Positions 1 through 8,245 of a stretch of 37,924 bases of DNA are shown piece by piece. The stretch's first letter is position 1, and the number at the start of each line of letters is the position of its first letter. The DNA comes from Spirochaetia bacterium (GTDB lineage Bacteria > Spirochaetota > Spirochaetia > SZUA-6 > Fen-1364): assembly GCA_035686185.1 (NCBI GenBank), contig DASRZR010000096.1, positions 1-37,924 on the forward strand. The letters are read 5' to 3'. The position numbers and the translations under genes are program-made. Below the pieces are notes generated by a model. The model was not told where the DNA came from and did no database searches. It saw nothing but the letters and a program-made list of their open reading frames with translations.

Positions 1-624
1 CACCGCCATGCCCAGGCCCTGCCCCTTGCCGCCCCCCGGGCCAGGCTGGTACGGCTCGAACAGCCGCTCCGTCATTTCGTCGGTGAGGGGCGTCCCGTTG
101 TCCGCTACCGCGAGACGGAGCCGGGAACCGCCCGGCTCCACGCCGAGGTGCAGGGAGATGGTCCCGCCGGTCGGCAGGGAGTCCCGGGAGCGCGCGCACA
201 GGGCGTCCAGCATGCGTACGACCTGCTCCTCGTCTGCCGTGATCGGTGGCAGGTCCGTCCCCACCGAGGCGTGGAGCTCCACTCCGGGCGGACAGGAGGC
301 CTCGAGGAACGGGAGGCGGCGACGCACGACGTCCGCAAGGTCCAGGAGCCTCGGGGTGAACGCCCCCCGCCCTCCCAGCACCAGGAGGTCCTTCACGAGG
401 GACGCCGCGCGCGAGGTGGCGGCCCTCATCTCTCCCAGGAGGCTCTGCATGCCGGGCGCGGACTCCGCCTCTTCGACGGCCATCTCCGCGTATCCCTGCA
501 GCACGAGCAGGATGTTGTTGAGGTCATGCGCCACGCCGCCGGCCAGGCGCACCGCGATGTCGGGCTCATCCGTCGCGGGGGTCGCGGCTGTCGAGGAGAA
601 GATCCTCAGATCACTGCCGGCCAT
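1..624 (-). CDS. Histidine kinase core (DHp + HATPase_c) without sensor or TM region; 3' end runs off the window
   Basis: This is my own minus-strand translation from ATG 624-622; the ORF is absent from the track because it has no in-window stop. It reads MAGSDLRIFSS..RLAGGVAHDLNNILLVLQGYAEM (H-box) .. ISLHLGVEPGGSRLRLAVADNG .. GKGQGLGMAV (G-box). The start lies 1 nt after the TGA (628-626) of the upstream cyclase gene. Confidence 0.8.
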   Translation of the reverse strand, partial: MAGSDLRIFSSTAATPATDEPDIAVRLAGGVAHDLNNILLVLQGYAEMAVEEAESAPGMQSLLGEMRAATSRAASLVKDLLVLGGRGAFTPRLLDLADVVRRRLPFLEASCPPGVELHASVGTDLPPITADEEQVVRMLDALCARSRDSLPTGGTISLHLGVEPGGSRLRLAVADNGTPLTDEMTERLFEPYQPGPGGGKGQGLGMAV

Positions 625-625
625 C

Positions 626-3600
626 TCAGGCCTTCTTTCCCGGCGGCAGGCCCGGCAGCCGGGGCCGCAGCTTTGCCCACCGGGCCAGCACCTGCTCGTT
701 CAGCGCGGCAACGGGAACGCTGCCGCCCGGCGCCTGCCGGCAGGCGCCGGCAAGGGCGGAGAAGCAGCGCACGATCTCCACGTACACGTCCCGGTCCAGC
801 GTGATGCGCGCGGAACCTCCGCCGCTCTCCGCGGCGGCGGCCCCCGCGGTGGCCGCGCCGGGGGCCGGGCCGGCCTTCAGCGGGTCCAGCTCCGCGGGAA
901 GGTCGAGCACGATCTCGTACGGCTCGAAGACCTTGATCGGCTCCGAGATGTTCTTCACCGTGATCCGCCCGATCTCCCGGACGTGCACGTAGTCCTTGAT
1001 CGCCGCCTCGATGCGGTCCGAGATGAGCACGGACCCCGGTTTCGCCGACGTCTCCAGGCGGGAGGCGATGTTCACCGCGTTGCCCAGCACGTCGCCGCTT
1101 CCCTTGCGCACCACGGCGCCGCTGTGGATGCCGATGCGGATCACGACCTTGTTGTTCTCGTCGCGGAACTTGTTGAAGCGCGCCAGGCGCTTCTGCAGGC
1201 GGATGGCGGCCAGCACCGCCGACAAGGGCTTCTGGAAGACGATCATGTGACCGTCCCCCATCCGCTTCACGAGCTCCCCGTGGTGGGCCTCCACGTGGGC
1301 CAGCAGGATCTTCTCGTATTCCTGCAGCAGCGCGTTGAGCTGCATCGGGGAGAGCACCTGCGCCTTCTTGGAGTAGCCCTGGATGTCCGAGAAGAACATG
1401 ACGAGCTCTTCCATGTTCTCCCGTTCGAACTGGAAGGCCTGCCGCTCGGTGCGCACCTCCACGGCCTGCACGCCGTCGATCAGGTCCTCCTCTTCTTCCT
1501 CGCCCCGGCCGCTGTCCCCGCGGGCCTCCAGGGCCATCTGCAGGACGCGCTCGCGGCTGGACGGATCCTCCACGTGCAGAAGCAGCTCCCGCAGCGCGTA
1601 TTGCAGGTCCGCGCCGTCGCGTCGGAACAGCGGCGCCAGTCCCGACAGGAGCGGCTCCCGCAGGGCGCCCGGCAGCCGGCGCAGGATATCGGCGGCCGTA
1701 TCATCGGCGCCGGAAAGGAAGTCGCGCAGGACCTCCGCCGCGTAGTCATCCCCCATCTTCCACAGCATGAGGGCGGCGGATACCCGGCTGGCCAGGTGCT
1801 CCCCCCGCAGGATGCGGTAGAGGAACTCCACCGTCCCATCCCGGTTGGAAATCAGTCCGTTGACGATGCGGCGGTCCAGCACGGCGAGCGCGGAAGACCG
1901 CCGCGCCTCGTCGCGATGCAACGCGTGTTCCTTGAGGCTCTCCATGATGTCCACGGAGACCTTGTCCCCGAGGTAGGCGGTGAGCACGTCACGGACCTCG
2001 CGGGAGCAGTCCATGGAGAACCGGGTGAGCAGCGCCTTGGCCAGGTCCCCGCTTGCCGACGGCGGCCCCGCGGAAATCGCCTCCAGCGCGTTCATCGTGA
2101 CGTAGGGGTCGTCCTGGGACGCCAGGAGCCGGGTGGCGGACGGCTCCAGCAGGGACAGGTTCAGCTCCCTCAGGAGCTGGAGCGCGGCAATCGCCAGCAC
2201 CTTGCTCGCCAGCGGGAGCGTCAGGCATTCCTTGCAGGCGGTTTCCGCGCCAGGGATGTCCACCTTCGCGAGCGCCGCCAGAGCCGCCTCCGCCAGTCGG
2301 AACAGCTTTTCCTGGCGCGCCCACGTGAAGATCTCGTGAAGGAGCGCGGCTTCCCCGGCCGGTCCTCCCGGGGCCAGGAACACGGTGGCCAGCCGGATGA
2401 CACGGCCGAGCTGCCACAGGACGCGCGCCTTGCCGGTCCGGGCAAGGGCCAGCTCGCGGGCCACCAGGGCGATCCCGGTCCTCTTGGGGTTCTTGATGAG
2501 GTCCACGAGCGCGGAATACCCGTCGAAGTGGCGCACCTCCACGCGCACGGCGGTGGCCTTCAGCATCTTCATCAGGCCTTCCGGGGTTTCCGTGCTCGTG
2601 CCCTTGAGGTAGCGCAGGAGCGCGGCCTTCAGCTCCTCGTCCACGTAGTATTCCAGGTATTCCTTGGAGCGCATGATGAGCCAGCCCAGCTCGTGCGCGT
2701 CACTGCTCACCTTGCGCCCGGAGGCGGAAAGCTGCTTGAACAGCTCGCCGACCCGGGACATGACCGTGACGCGCGTGCCGGGCTGGATGCCCGCCCTCCC
2801 GTCCGGGAGCTTCGCCATGCGGGAAATGGCCGCCTGCGCCTCGTCCTCCAGGGCGGGGTTGCCCTCCACCGCCATCGCCATCTGCGACACGATGTCGGAG
2901 AACCATGCCGCCTGATGCGGCTCGGTGCCCAGCGCCGCGTAGGCGGCACGGCGCACCTCGGAGTTCGGGTCCGCCAGCGCTGCGCGCATGATGGACGCGG
3001 ACTCCGTGAGCGACTGAGTGGCCGCCAGCGTGACGAGCGTGGCGCGGTTGCGCGAGGGAAGCCGCGGGTACAGCGGCGCGCAGTGGGCCACCGTGCGCGG
3101 AAGGAGGGCGGGGTTCTCGGCGGCGCTGGCGATGATCTGGTCCAGCACCTCTTCCCGCGCATCGGTCAGCAGCTCCTCCAGCGCGATCTCTCCCCCCACC
3201 TTCAACAGCAGGCCGGCCGCATGCGCCCGCCCGCCGGCAGAGCCCAGCGGGGTGCGGGCCGCGTGGCGGATGAGCGCGACGACGTCCTTGTCCCCGGGAG
3301 CGGCAGCCGCCAGCGCGCCCAGGATCTCGCGGCGGATCTTCTCCGTGTGCGTGGTCTTCGAGAAATCCCGGAGCAGCCGGGGGACGTCCGGGTGATGGAT
3401 GCCCCCCAGCGCGCGCAGGGAGGCGGCCTGGACGTCCTCCTGGGCGCCGGCCAGGAGCCGGGCAACGTACGGGAAGCTTCGCGGGTCCCCGAGCCGGCCT
3501 ACCGCCTCCAGGGCGGAGAGGGCCACCTCCGGGCGGGAATCGAACAGGTCCCCGTGCAGCAGCCCGAGGCTCTTCTTCTGGGCGTCGAACGCCTCGAAGA

Positions 3601-3814
3601 GGCGGTGGGTGGTAAGCAGGGGCTGAACGGGAAGCCGCGACGTTTCCGGCGCGGAAGCGCCGGTCCCGCCCGGGGCGGGAGACACGCCGACGGTGCCCGC
3701 CGCCGGGGCGCGCGCCGCCGCACCGCCCGTCACGGCGGCACCGGCGGTTTCGGCCACGGCGGCCGCTGCCGCGCGGGGTACGGCAGCGGCGGCCCCATTG
3801 CCCGGAGCGGTCAT
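626..3814 (-). CDS. HEAT-like repeat protein with C-terminal class III adenylate/guanylate cyclase domain
   Basis: 1062-aa ORF. The C-terminal ~190 aa carry class III cyclase hallmarks (FFSDIQGYSKK, RMGDGHMIVF, IGIHSGAVV..GDVLGNAVNIASRLE). The preceding ~800 aa are Leu/Ala-rich helical repeats of HEAT/PBS-lyase type (e.g. ALEAVGRLGDPRSFPYVARLL). ATG 3814 lies 1 nt after the cheW stop. Confidence 0.85.
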   Translation of the reverse strand: MTAPGNGAAAAVPRAAAAAVAETAGAAVTGGAAARAPAAGTVGVSPAPGGTGASAPETSRLPVQPLLTTHRLFEAFDAQKKSLGLLHGDLFDSRPEVALSALEAVGRLGDPRSFPYVARLLAGAQEDVQAASLRALGGIHHPDVPRLLRDFSKTTHTEKIRREILGALAAAAPGDKDVVALIRHAARTPLGSAGGRAHAAGLLLKVGGEIALEELLTDAREEVLDQIIASAAENPALLPRTVAHCAPLYPRLPSRNRATLVTLAATQSLTESASIMRAALADPNSEVRRAAYAALGTEPHQAAWFSDIVSQMAMAVEGNPALEDEAQAAISRMAKLPDGRAGIQPGTRVTVMSRVGELFKQLSASGRKVSSDAHELGWLIMRSKEYLEYYVDEELKAALLRYLKGTSTETPEGLMKMLKATAVRVEVRHFDGYSALVDLIKNPKRTGIALVARELALARTGKARVLWQLGRVIRLATVFLAPGGPAGEAALLHEIFTWARQEKLFRLAEAALAALAKVDIPGAETACKECLTLPLASKVLAIAALQLLRELNLSLLEPSATRLLASQDDPYVTMNALEAISAGPPSASGDLAKALLTRFSMDCSREVRDVLTAYLGDKVSVDIMESLKEHALHRDEARRSSALAVLDRRIVNGLISNRDGTVEFLYRILRGEHLASRVSAALMLWKMGDDYAAEVLRDFLSGADDTAADILRRLPGALREPLLSGLAPLFRRDGADLQYALRELLLHVEDPSSRERVLQMALEARGDSGRGEEEEEDLIDGVQAVEVRTERQAFQFERENMEELVMFFSDIQGYSKKAQVLSPMQLNALLQEYEKILLAHVEAHHGELVKRMGDGHMIVFQKPLSAVLAAIRLQKRLARFNKFRDENNKVVIRIGIHSGAVVRKGSGDVLGNAVNIASRLETSAKPGSVLISDRIEAAIKDYVHVREIGRITVKNISEPIKVFEPYEIVLDLPAELDPLKAGPAPGAATAGAAAAESGGGSARITLDRDVYVEIVRCFSALAGACRQAPGGSVPVAALNEQVLARWAKLRPRLPGLPPGKKA

Positions 3815-3815
3815 C

Positions 3816-4319
3816 TTACCTGCCGGTCCCCTCGACGGCGGCCTCGATCGTGGAAAGGGCGGCCTTCTCGTCCACCGTGAGGATCGCGTCCGTGTTCAGC
3901 AGGATCACGAGCTTGTCATCCAGCTTGCCCACGCCGGTGATGAACTCCTGGGAGAAACCGCCCAGCACGGGGGGCGGAGGATCGATCTGGTCCGCCGGGA
4001 TCCGCACCACCTGGCTCGCGGAGTCCACGACCATGCCCATCAGGCGGCCTTCCACCTCCACCACGATCACGCGCGTCTGGGCCGTCTCCTCGCGGGACTC
4101 CAGTCCGAACTTGTCCCGCAGGTCGATGATCGGGATCACGTCGCCGCGAAGGTTGATGATGCCTTTCACGAACGAGGGGGCCTTCGGCAGCCAGGTGATC
4201 TCGCGCACGCGGATCACCTCCTTCACGCGGAGGAGCTCCAGGCCGTATTCCTCCTCCCCGACGGAGAAACTGATGAACTGCCGCAGCTCACCGGTTTCCT
4301 TCACTTTGGTTGAATCCAT
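3816..4319 (-). CDS. cheW: Chemotaxis coupling protein CheW
   Basis: 167 aa with the typical CheW fold signature: QFISFSVGEEEYGLELLRVKEVIRVREITWLPKAPSFVKGIINLRGDVIPIIDLRDKFGL. A GGAAGGAG RBS lies upstream of ATG 4319. Confidence 0.9.
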   Translation of the reverse strand: MDSTKVKETGELRQFISFSVGEEEYGLELLRVKEVIRVREITWLPKAPSFVKGIINLRGDVIPIIDLRDKFGLESREETAQTRVIVVEVEGRLMGMVVDSASQVVRIPADQIDPPPPVLGGFSQEFITGVGKLDDKLVILLNTDAILTVDEKAALSTIEAAVEGTGR

Positions 4320-4359
4320 GGTCGTACTCCTTCCGTCACCTCGAGGTGACTGGTCTTTC

Positions 4360-5472
4360 TCACGCCCCCACGGTGACGCTGCCCTGGACCTGCCAGGACG
4401 ATTCCGGCACCGACAGGAATGCTTTCACAATGTCCGGATCGAACCTCGTTCCCGCCTTGCTCACGATCTCTTCCCGCGCCGCCCAGAACGGCAGCGCCGC
4501 GCGATAGGGCCGGTCCGATGTCATGGCATCCAGCGTGTCCATGATCGAGAATATCCGCGCCTCCAGCGGGATCCGGTCTCCCCGCAGCCCGCGCGGATAG
4601 CCGGTGCCGTCCACCGACTCGTGGTGGCACAACACGACCTCCCGCGCGAAGCGGAGGAACTCGATGTTGCGCAGCATCGCGTCGCCCATGGCCGGGTGGC
4701 GCTCCATGATCCGCCGTTCCTCCGCCGTGAGCTCTCCCTTCTTCAGCAGGAGCTGCTCGGCGATTCCGATCTTTCCCACGTCGTGCAGGTAGGCGCCCCA
4801 CTTCAGGTTCTTCAGCTCGAACTCGGACAGGGACAACGCCGCCCCGAGGGTCACGCTGTTGGCGGAGACCCGGGTGCAGTGGTCCGCCGTTTCGTGGTCC
4901 TTCAGGTTCAGCGCGGCGCCCAGCGCCTGGACCGTCATGTCGCAGACCTCGTCGATGCGGCGGGAGGACTGGGAAAGCTCCTCCCCCTTGATCTGCACGA
5001 GGGTCTCCAGCGCCCGCGCGTAGCCCCGCAGGCTCTCGCGGGACCGCCATTCCTCCATGGCCTTGTCCAGGCGCTGGAGGAAGTGACCGACGGCAAACGG
5101 CTTCGTGATGAAGTCTATGGCCCCGTCGCGGATGGCCTGCACGGCGGTCTGGATGTCGTTGCTGCCCGTCATGACGATGACCAGCGGGTCCCCGCCGTGC
5201 TCCTCCACGAGGGACAGGCCGGACCCGTCGGGCAGGTTCACGTCCACCAGCACGATGTCGTAGTCGGACCGGGACAGGAGCTCACGCGCCTCCTGGACCG
5301 TGCCGGCCATGTCGCACTCCAGGCCCCGGACCCGGAGCATCGCCATGACCAGCGTCTGGATCGTGCCCTCGTCCTCCAGGACCAGGATTCGCGGCGGCCG
5401 GGTGGGGACCGGAACCTCCAGCGGGATCTCCCGGGTCGCCGATCCTCTTGTTCTTCCTCCCAGTATCTGCAT
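4360..5472 (-). CDS. Response regulator receiver fused to HD-GYP domain (putative c-di-GMP phosphodiesterase)
   Basis: N-terminal REC (RILVLEDEG..VLVDVNLPDGSG..KPF). C-terminal HD-GYP (HDVGKIGI .. HHESVDGTGYPRGL .. DTLDAMTSDRPYR). Confidence 0.88.
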   Translation of the reverse strand: MQILGGRTRGSATREIPLEVPVPTRPPRILVLEDEGTIQTLVMAMLRVRGLECDMAGTVQEARELLSRSDYDIVLVDVNLPDGSGLSLVEEHGGDPLVIVMTGSNDIQTAVQAIRDGAIDFITKPFAVGHFLQRLDKAMEEWRSRESLRGYARALETLVQIKGEELSQSSRRIDEVCDMTVQALGAALNLKDHETADHCTRVSANSVTLGAALSLSEFELKNLKWGAYLHDVGKIGIAEQLLLKKGELTAEERRIMERHPAMGDAMLRNIEFLRFAREVVLCHHESVDGTGYPRGLRGDRIPLEARIFSIMDTLDAMTSDRPYRAALPFWAAREEIVSKAGTRFDPDIVKAFLSVPESSWQVQGSVTVGA

Positions 5473-5488
5473 CCGTACGCTTCCTTCT

Positions 5489-5776
5489 TCAGTCGTGATG
5501 GGGGTGCGCTTTGAGCTTCTTCAATCCGGAGGCGATCGCGAGGTCCACCTCCACCCGCACCTTCTGCTCCCGGGCCGGATCCGGGTTCAACGGCGTCAAC
5601 AGGGACGTGAAGTACTGCGGCGTCACATGGTTCAGCGTCCACGCCACGAGGTCCAGGACGCACTCCTGGCACGTGCACATCGCCTTGTCCTGCACCAGCT
5701 TCTCGATCGCCTCGTAGACGATCTGCTCCGATCGGTTGCCAATGCTCTCCAGGTCGTATTTCTCTGTCAGCTTCAT
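5489..5776 (-). CDS. ComFB-family small protein
   Basis: 95 aa. The motif CTCQECVLDLVAWTLNHVTPQY matches the ComFB (late competence development protein) signature CxCxxCxxD..ALN..xPxY. The ATG overlaps the cheB stop (ATGA). Confidence 0.75.
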   Translation of the reverse strand: MKLTEKYDLESIGNRSEQIVYEAIEKLVQDKAMCTCQECVLDLVAWTLNHVTPQYFTSLLTPLNPDPAREQKVRVEVDLAIASGLKKLKAHPHHD

Positions 5777-6885
5777 ATCGCCTTCCTCATCGCCCGGCCA
5801 TGCAGGGCCTCCATGACACGGGAGGCGATCTGCTCCACGGGAGCCACGTCATCCGCGTCCCCGCCCTGCACGACCTCGCGGTTCATTCCATAGATCACCG
5901 AGGTGTCCTTGTCCTGCGCGATGACGCGCCCGCCGCGGCGGTGCAGCTCGTGCAGCCCCAGGGCGCCGTCCTTGCCCATCCCCGTCATGATGACGCCCAC
6001 GGCCTTGGGGCCGTACTCCAGGGCCACGGAATGCATGAGCACGTCCACGGAGGGGCGGTGCCCGTTCACGTTCTCCGACTGGTTCAGCGCCACGTGCGGG
6101 GCCTTTCCGAACTTTGACACCGTCATGTGCCAGTTGCCCGGAGCCAGCAGCACCCGCCCGGGCAGGATCAGGTCCCCGTCCTCCGCTTCCTTGACCCTCA
6201 CCGCGCAGCAGCCGTCCAGCCGCTCCGCGAAGGCCTTCGTGAAGACCGGGGGCATGTGCTGCACCACCACCACGCCAACCGGGAAGTTCGCCGGCAGCAT
6301 ACTGAGAACGGTCTTCAGCGCCACGGGGCCGCCCGTGGAGGTACCGATGGCCACCAGCTCGCTTTCCGCCTCGCCGAGGAAATCCGGTTGGCGCCGCACG
6401 GGCGCCTCCGGTGCGACGGGCGCGGCGGCGGCGGCCCGGGTCGGGGACGAGCTCGGCGGGAGAGGCGGGGCCACCTTCGGGGCGGCGAACACGATGTGCG
6501 ATGCGTTCCTGACCTTCTCGGTGAGCTCCTCCGCCACCGCGGTGAGGCCGCCGGACAGGGACGCGGAGGGCTTCAGCACGAAGTCCACGGCGCCAAGGTC
6601 CAGCGCCTGCAGCGTGAGGTCGGCGCCCTGGCGGGCGTGAGCGCTCAGCACGATGATGGGCGTCGGACGGGTGGCCATGATGCGGCGGATGGCTTCCAGC
6701 CCGCCCATCCCCGGCATCTCCAGGTCCAGGGTGATGACGTCCGGCTTTTCCTTGTCCAGCTTGGGCAGGGCGAACTCCGCCTGCGCCGCCGTGGCAACGA
6801 CGGACATCTCGGGATCGGCACTGAGGATATCCGAAGCGATCCGGCGCACCAGCGCCGAATCGTCGACGACCATGACCCGGATCAC
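5773..6885 (-). CDS. cheB: Chemotaxis response regulator protein-glutamate methylesterase CheB
   Basis: REC (IRVMVVDDSALVRR..ITLDLEMPGMGG) plus CheB methylesterase domain (LVAIGTSTGGP..VVVQHMP..GMGKDGA). The track ORF extends to 7188, but that extension overlaps cheR in another frame. I set the start at GTG 6885, which overlaps the cheR TGA (GTGA) and lies 7 nt after AGGAGG. ATG 6873 is the alternative. Confidence 0.9.
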   Translation of the reverse strand: MIRVMVVDDSALVRRIASDILSADPEMSVVATAAQAEFALPKLDKEKPDVITLDLEMPGMGGLEAIRRIMATRPTPIIVLSAHARQGADLTLQALDLGAVDFVLKPSASLSGGLTAVAEELTEKVRNASHIVFAAPKVAPPLPPSSSPTRAAAAAPVAPEAPVRRQPDFLGEAESELVAIGTSTGGPVALKTVLSMLPANFPVGVVVVQHMPPVFTKAFAERLDGCCAVRVKEAEDGDLILPGRVLLAPGNWHMTVSKFGKAPHVALNQSENVNGHRPSVDVLMHSVALEYGPKAVGVIMTGMGKDGALGLHELHRRGGRVIAQDKDTSVIYGMNREVVQGGDADDVAPVEQIASRVMEALHGRAMRKAI

Positions 6886-7763
6886 GACGCGGCCTCCTTT
6901 GAGGTTTCCTTCTTCCGCCGGTAGATGGGGGCCTTGAGCGCCGACACGTAGGCGAACTGCTTCGTGAAACCGCTCAGGCTCTCCGAGTGGCCAATGAACA
7001 GGTAGCCGTCCGGGTGCAGGGCGCGCGCGAAGATCCCGTCCACGAGCTTCACCTGGGTCGGCTTGTCGAAATAGATCATCACGTTGCGGCAGATGATGAT
7101 GTGGGCGACGTCCCACGGAGGGGGATCGGTGAACAGGTTGTGCACGCGGAAGTCTACGCGGGCGCGCGTGGGCTCGTTCACCTGCCACGCGTCATCTCCC
7201 GCCGGCTCGAAGTATTTCGTGAGCAGGTCGGGGGGAACGAGCCGAAGCGCCCGTTCACGGTAGATGCCCTCCCGGGCCCGCGCAATCACGGTGGTGCTGA
7301 TGTCCGTCCCGATGATCTCGGGCTCCCGGGCGCCGGCCGCGCGCGCGGCCTGGTCGGCCACGATGCGCAGCGTGTAGACTTCCTCGCCGGTGGAGCAGCC
7401 GGCGCTCCAGATGCGCACGCGCGGGAAGGCGCGGAACAGCTCCGGCAGCACGGTAGCGGACAGCGCCGTGAAGTGGGCGTTCTCGCGGAAGAAGTAGGTC
7501 TCGTTCGTGCTCACCGCGTCAATGAAGTTCGCCATCTCCGTGTCGCCGCCCCGGGAAACCAGCAGCGAGTAGTAGTCCTCGTAGGATCCCAGCTTCAGCG
7601 TGACCAGGCGCTTTCGAAGCCGGTTGGCGATGAGGATCTGCTTCCCGTCGCGCATGTGGATGCCGGTCTTGTCGTAGATCAGCGCGCGGAAGCGATCGAA
7701 CATCTCGTCCGTCAGCACGGGCCCGCCCACGGGGGGCAGCGGCCGCAGGGGCACGGAGCTCAC
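6882..7763 (-). CDS. cheR: Chemotaxis protein methyltransferase CheR
   Basis: 293 aa. CheR N-terminal helical domain plus SAM-binding domain (ETYFFRE, RIWSAGCSTGEE, IFCRNVMIYFD-like IICRNVMIYFD). The GTG start overlaps the cheD stop (GTGA). Confidence 0.9.
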   Translation of the reverse strand: MSSVPLRPLPPVGGPVLTDEMFDRFRALIYDKTGIHMRDGKQILIANRLRKRLVTLKLGSYEDYYSLLVSRGGDTEMANFIDAVSTNETYFFRENAHFTALSATVLPELFRAFPRVRIWSAGCSTGEEVYTLRIVADQAARAAGAREPEIIGTDISTTVIARAREGIYRERALRLVPPDLLTKYFEPAGDDAWQVNEPTRARVDFRVHNLFTDPPPWDVAHIIICRNVMIYFDKPTQVKLVDGIFARALHPDGYLFIGHSESLSGFTKQFAYVSALKAPIYRRKKETSKEAAS

Positions 7764-8245
7764 TTGGTCACCCCCCTCGTGGCAATCGCCTGAAGAGTCT
7801 TCACCGTCACCTTGCCGGTGACGTTGCTGAATACCACGGAGCGGCCGGCGGTCCCCCCGATGTCCTCGAAGATGATCGGGATGCGCTGCTCGGCAAGCAC
7901 GCGCCGGGCCGCGGCCACGTTCTGGTCACCGATGGACGCGATGCTCGCGTTGCCCATGGGGAACATCTGGGCCCCGCCGATGAGCAGCGCCTGGAGGGCG
8001 GTCGCCCGGCTGCCCATCTGCAGGACGCGCTGGAGAAGCTCCGGGATGGCCGAGTCGGCGTACTTGCCGCTGGCCTCGTCATCGTTGCGCCGGGCCGGAA
8101 GCATGATGTGCGCCAGGCCGCTGATCTTGCGATCGGCATCCCGCAGGACCACGCCCACGCAGGAGCCGAGCACCGTCTTCAGGCTGCGGCCGTCAGCGAC
8201 CACTTCCATCTCGGCCATCTTCACGGTAACGGACTCCCCGTCCAT
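7760..8245 (-). CDS. cheD: Chemoreceptor glutamine deamidase CheD
   Basis: Core LKTVLGSCVGVVL..GLAHIMLP..SGKYAD..GGAQMF is typical of CheD. The track extension to 8377 overlaps cheA. I set the start at ATG 8245-8243, which shares one base with the cheA TGA (TGATG). Confidence 0.88.
   Translation of the reverse strand: MDGESVTVKMAEMEVVADGRSLKTVLGSCVGVVLRDADRKISGLAHIMLPARRNDDEASGKYADSAIPELLQRVLQMGSRATALQALLIGGAQMFPMGNASIASIGDQNVAAARRVLAEQRIPIIFEDIGGTAGRSVVFSNVTGKVTVKTLQAIATRGVTK

Noticed and set aside
8-3880. 1290-aa plus-strand ORF, the longest in the track
   Set aside because: It runs antisense to three well-supported minus-strand genes (HK core, HEAT/cyclase, cheW). Its translation is Arg/Gly/Ala/Pro/His-rich low complexity with no recognisable domain. 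It is a typical high-GC shadow frame.
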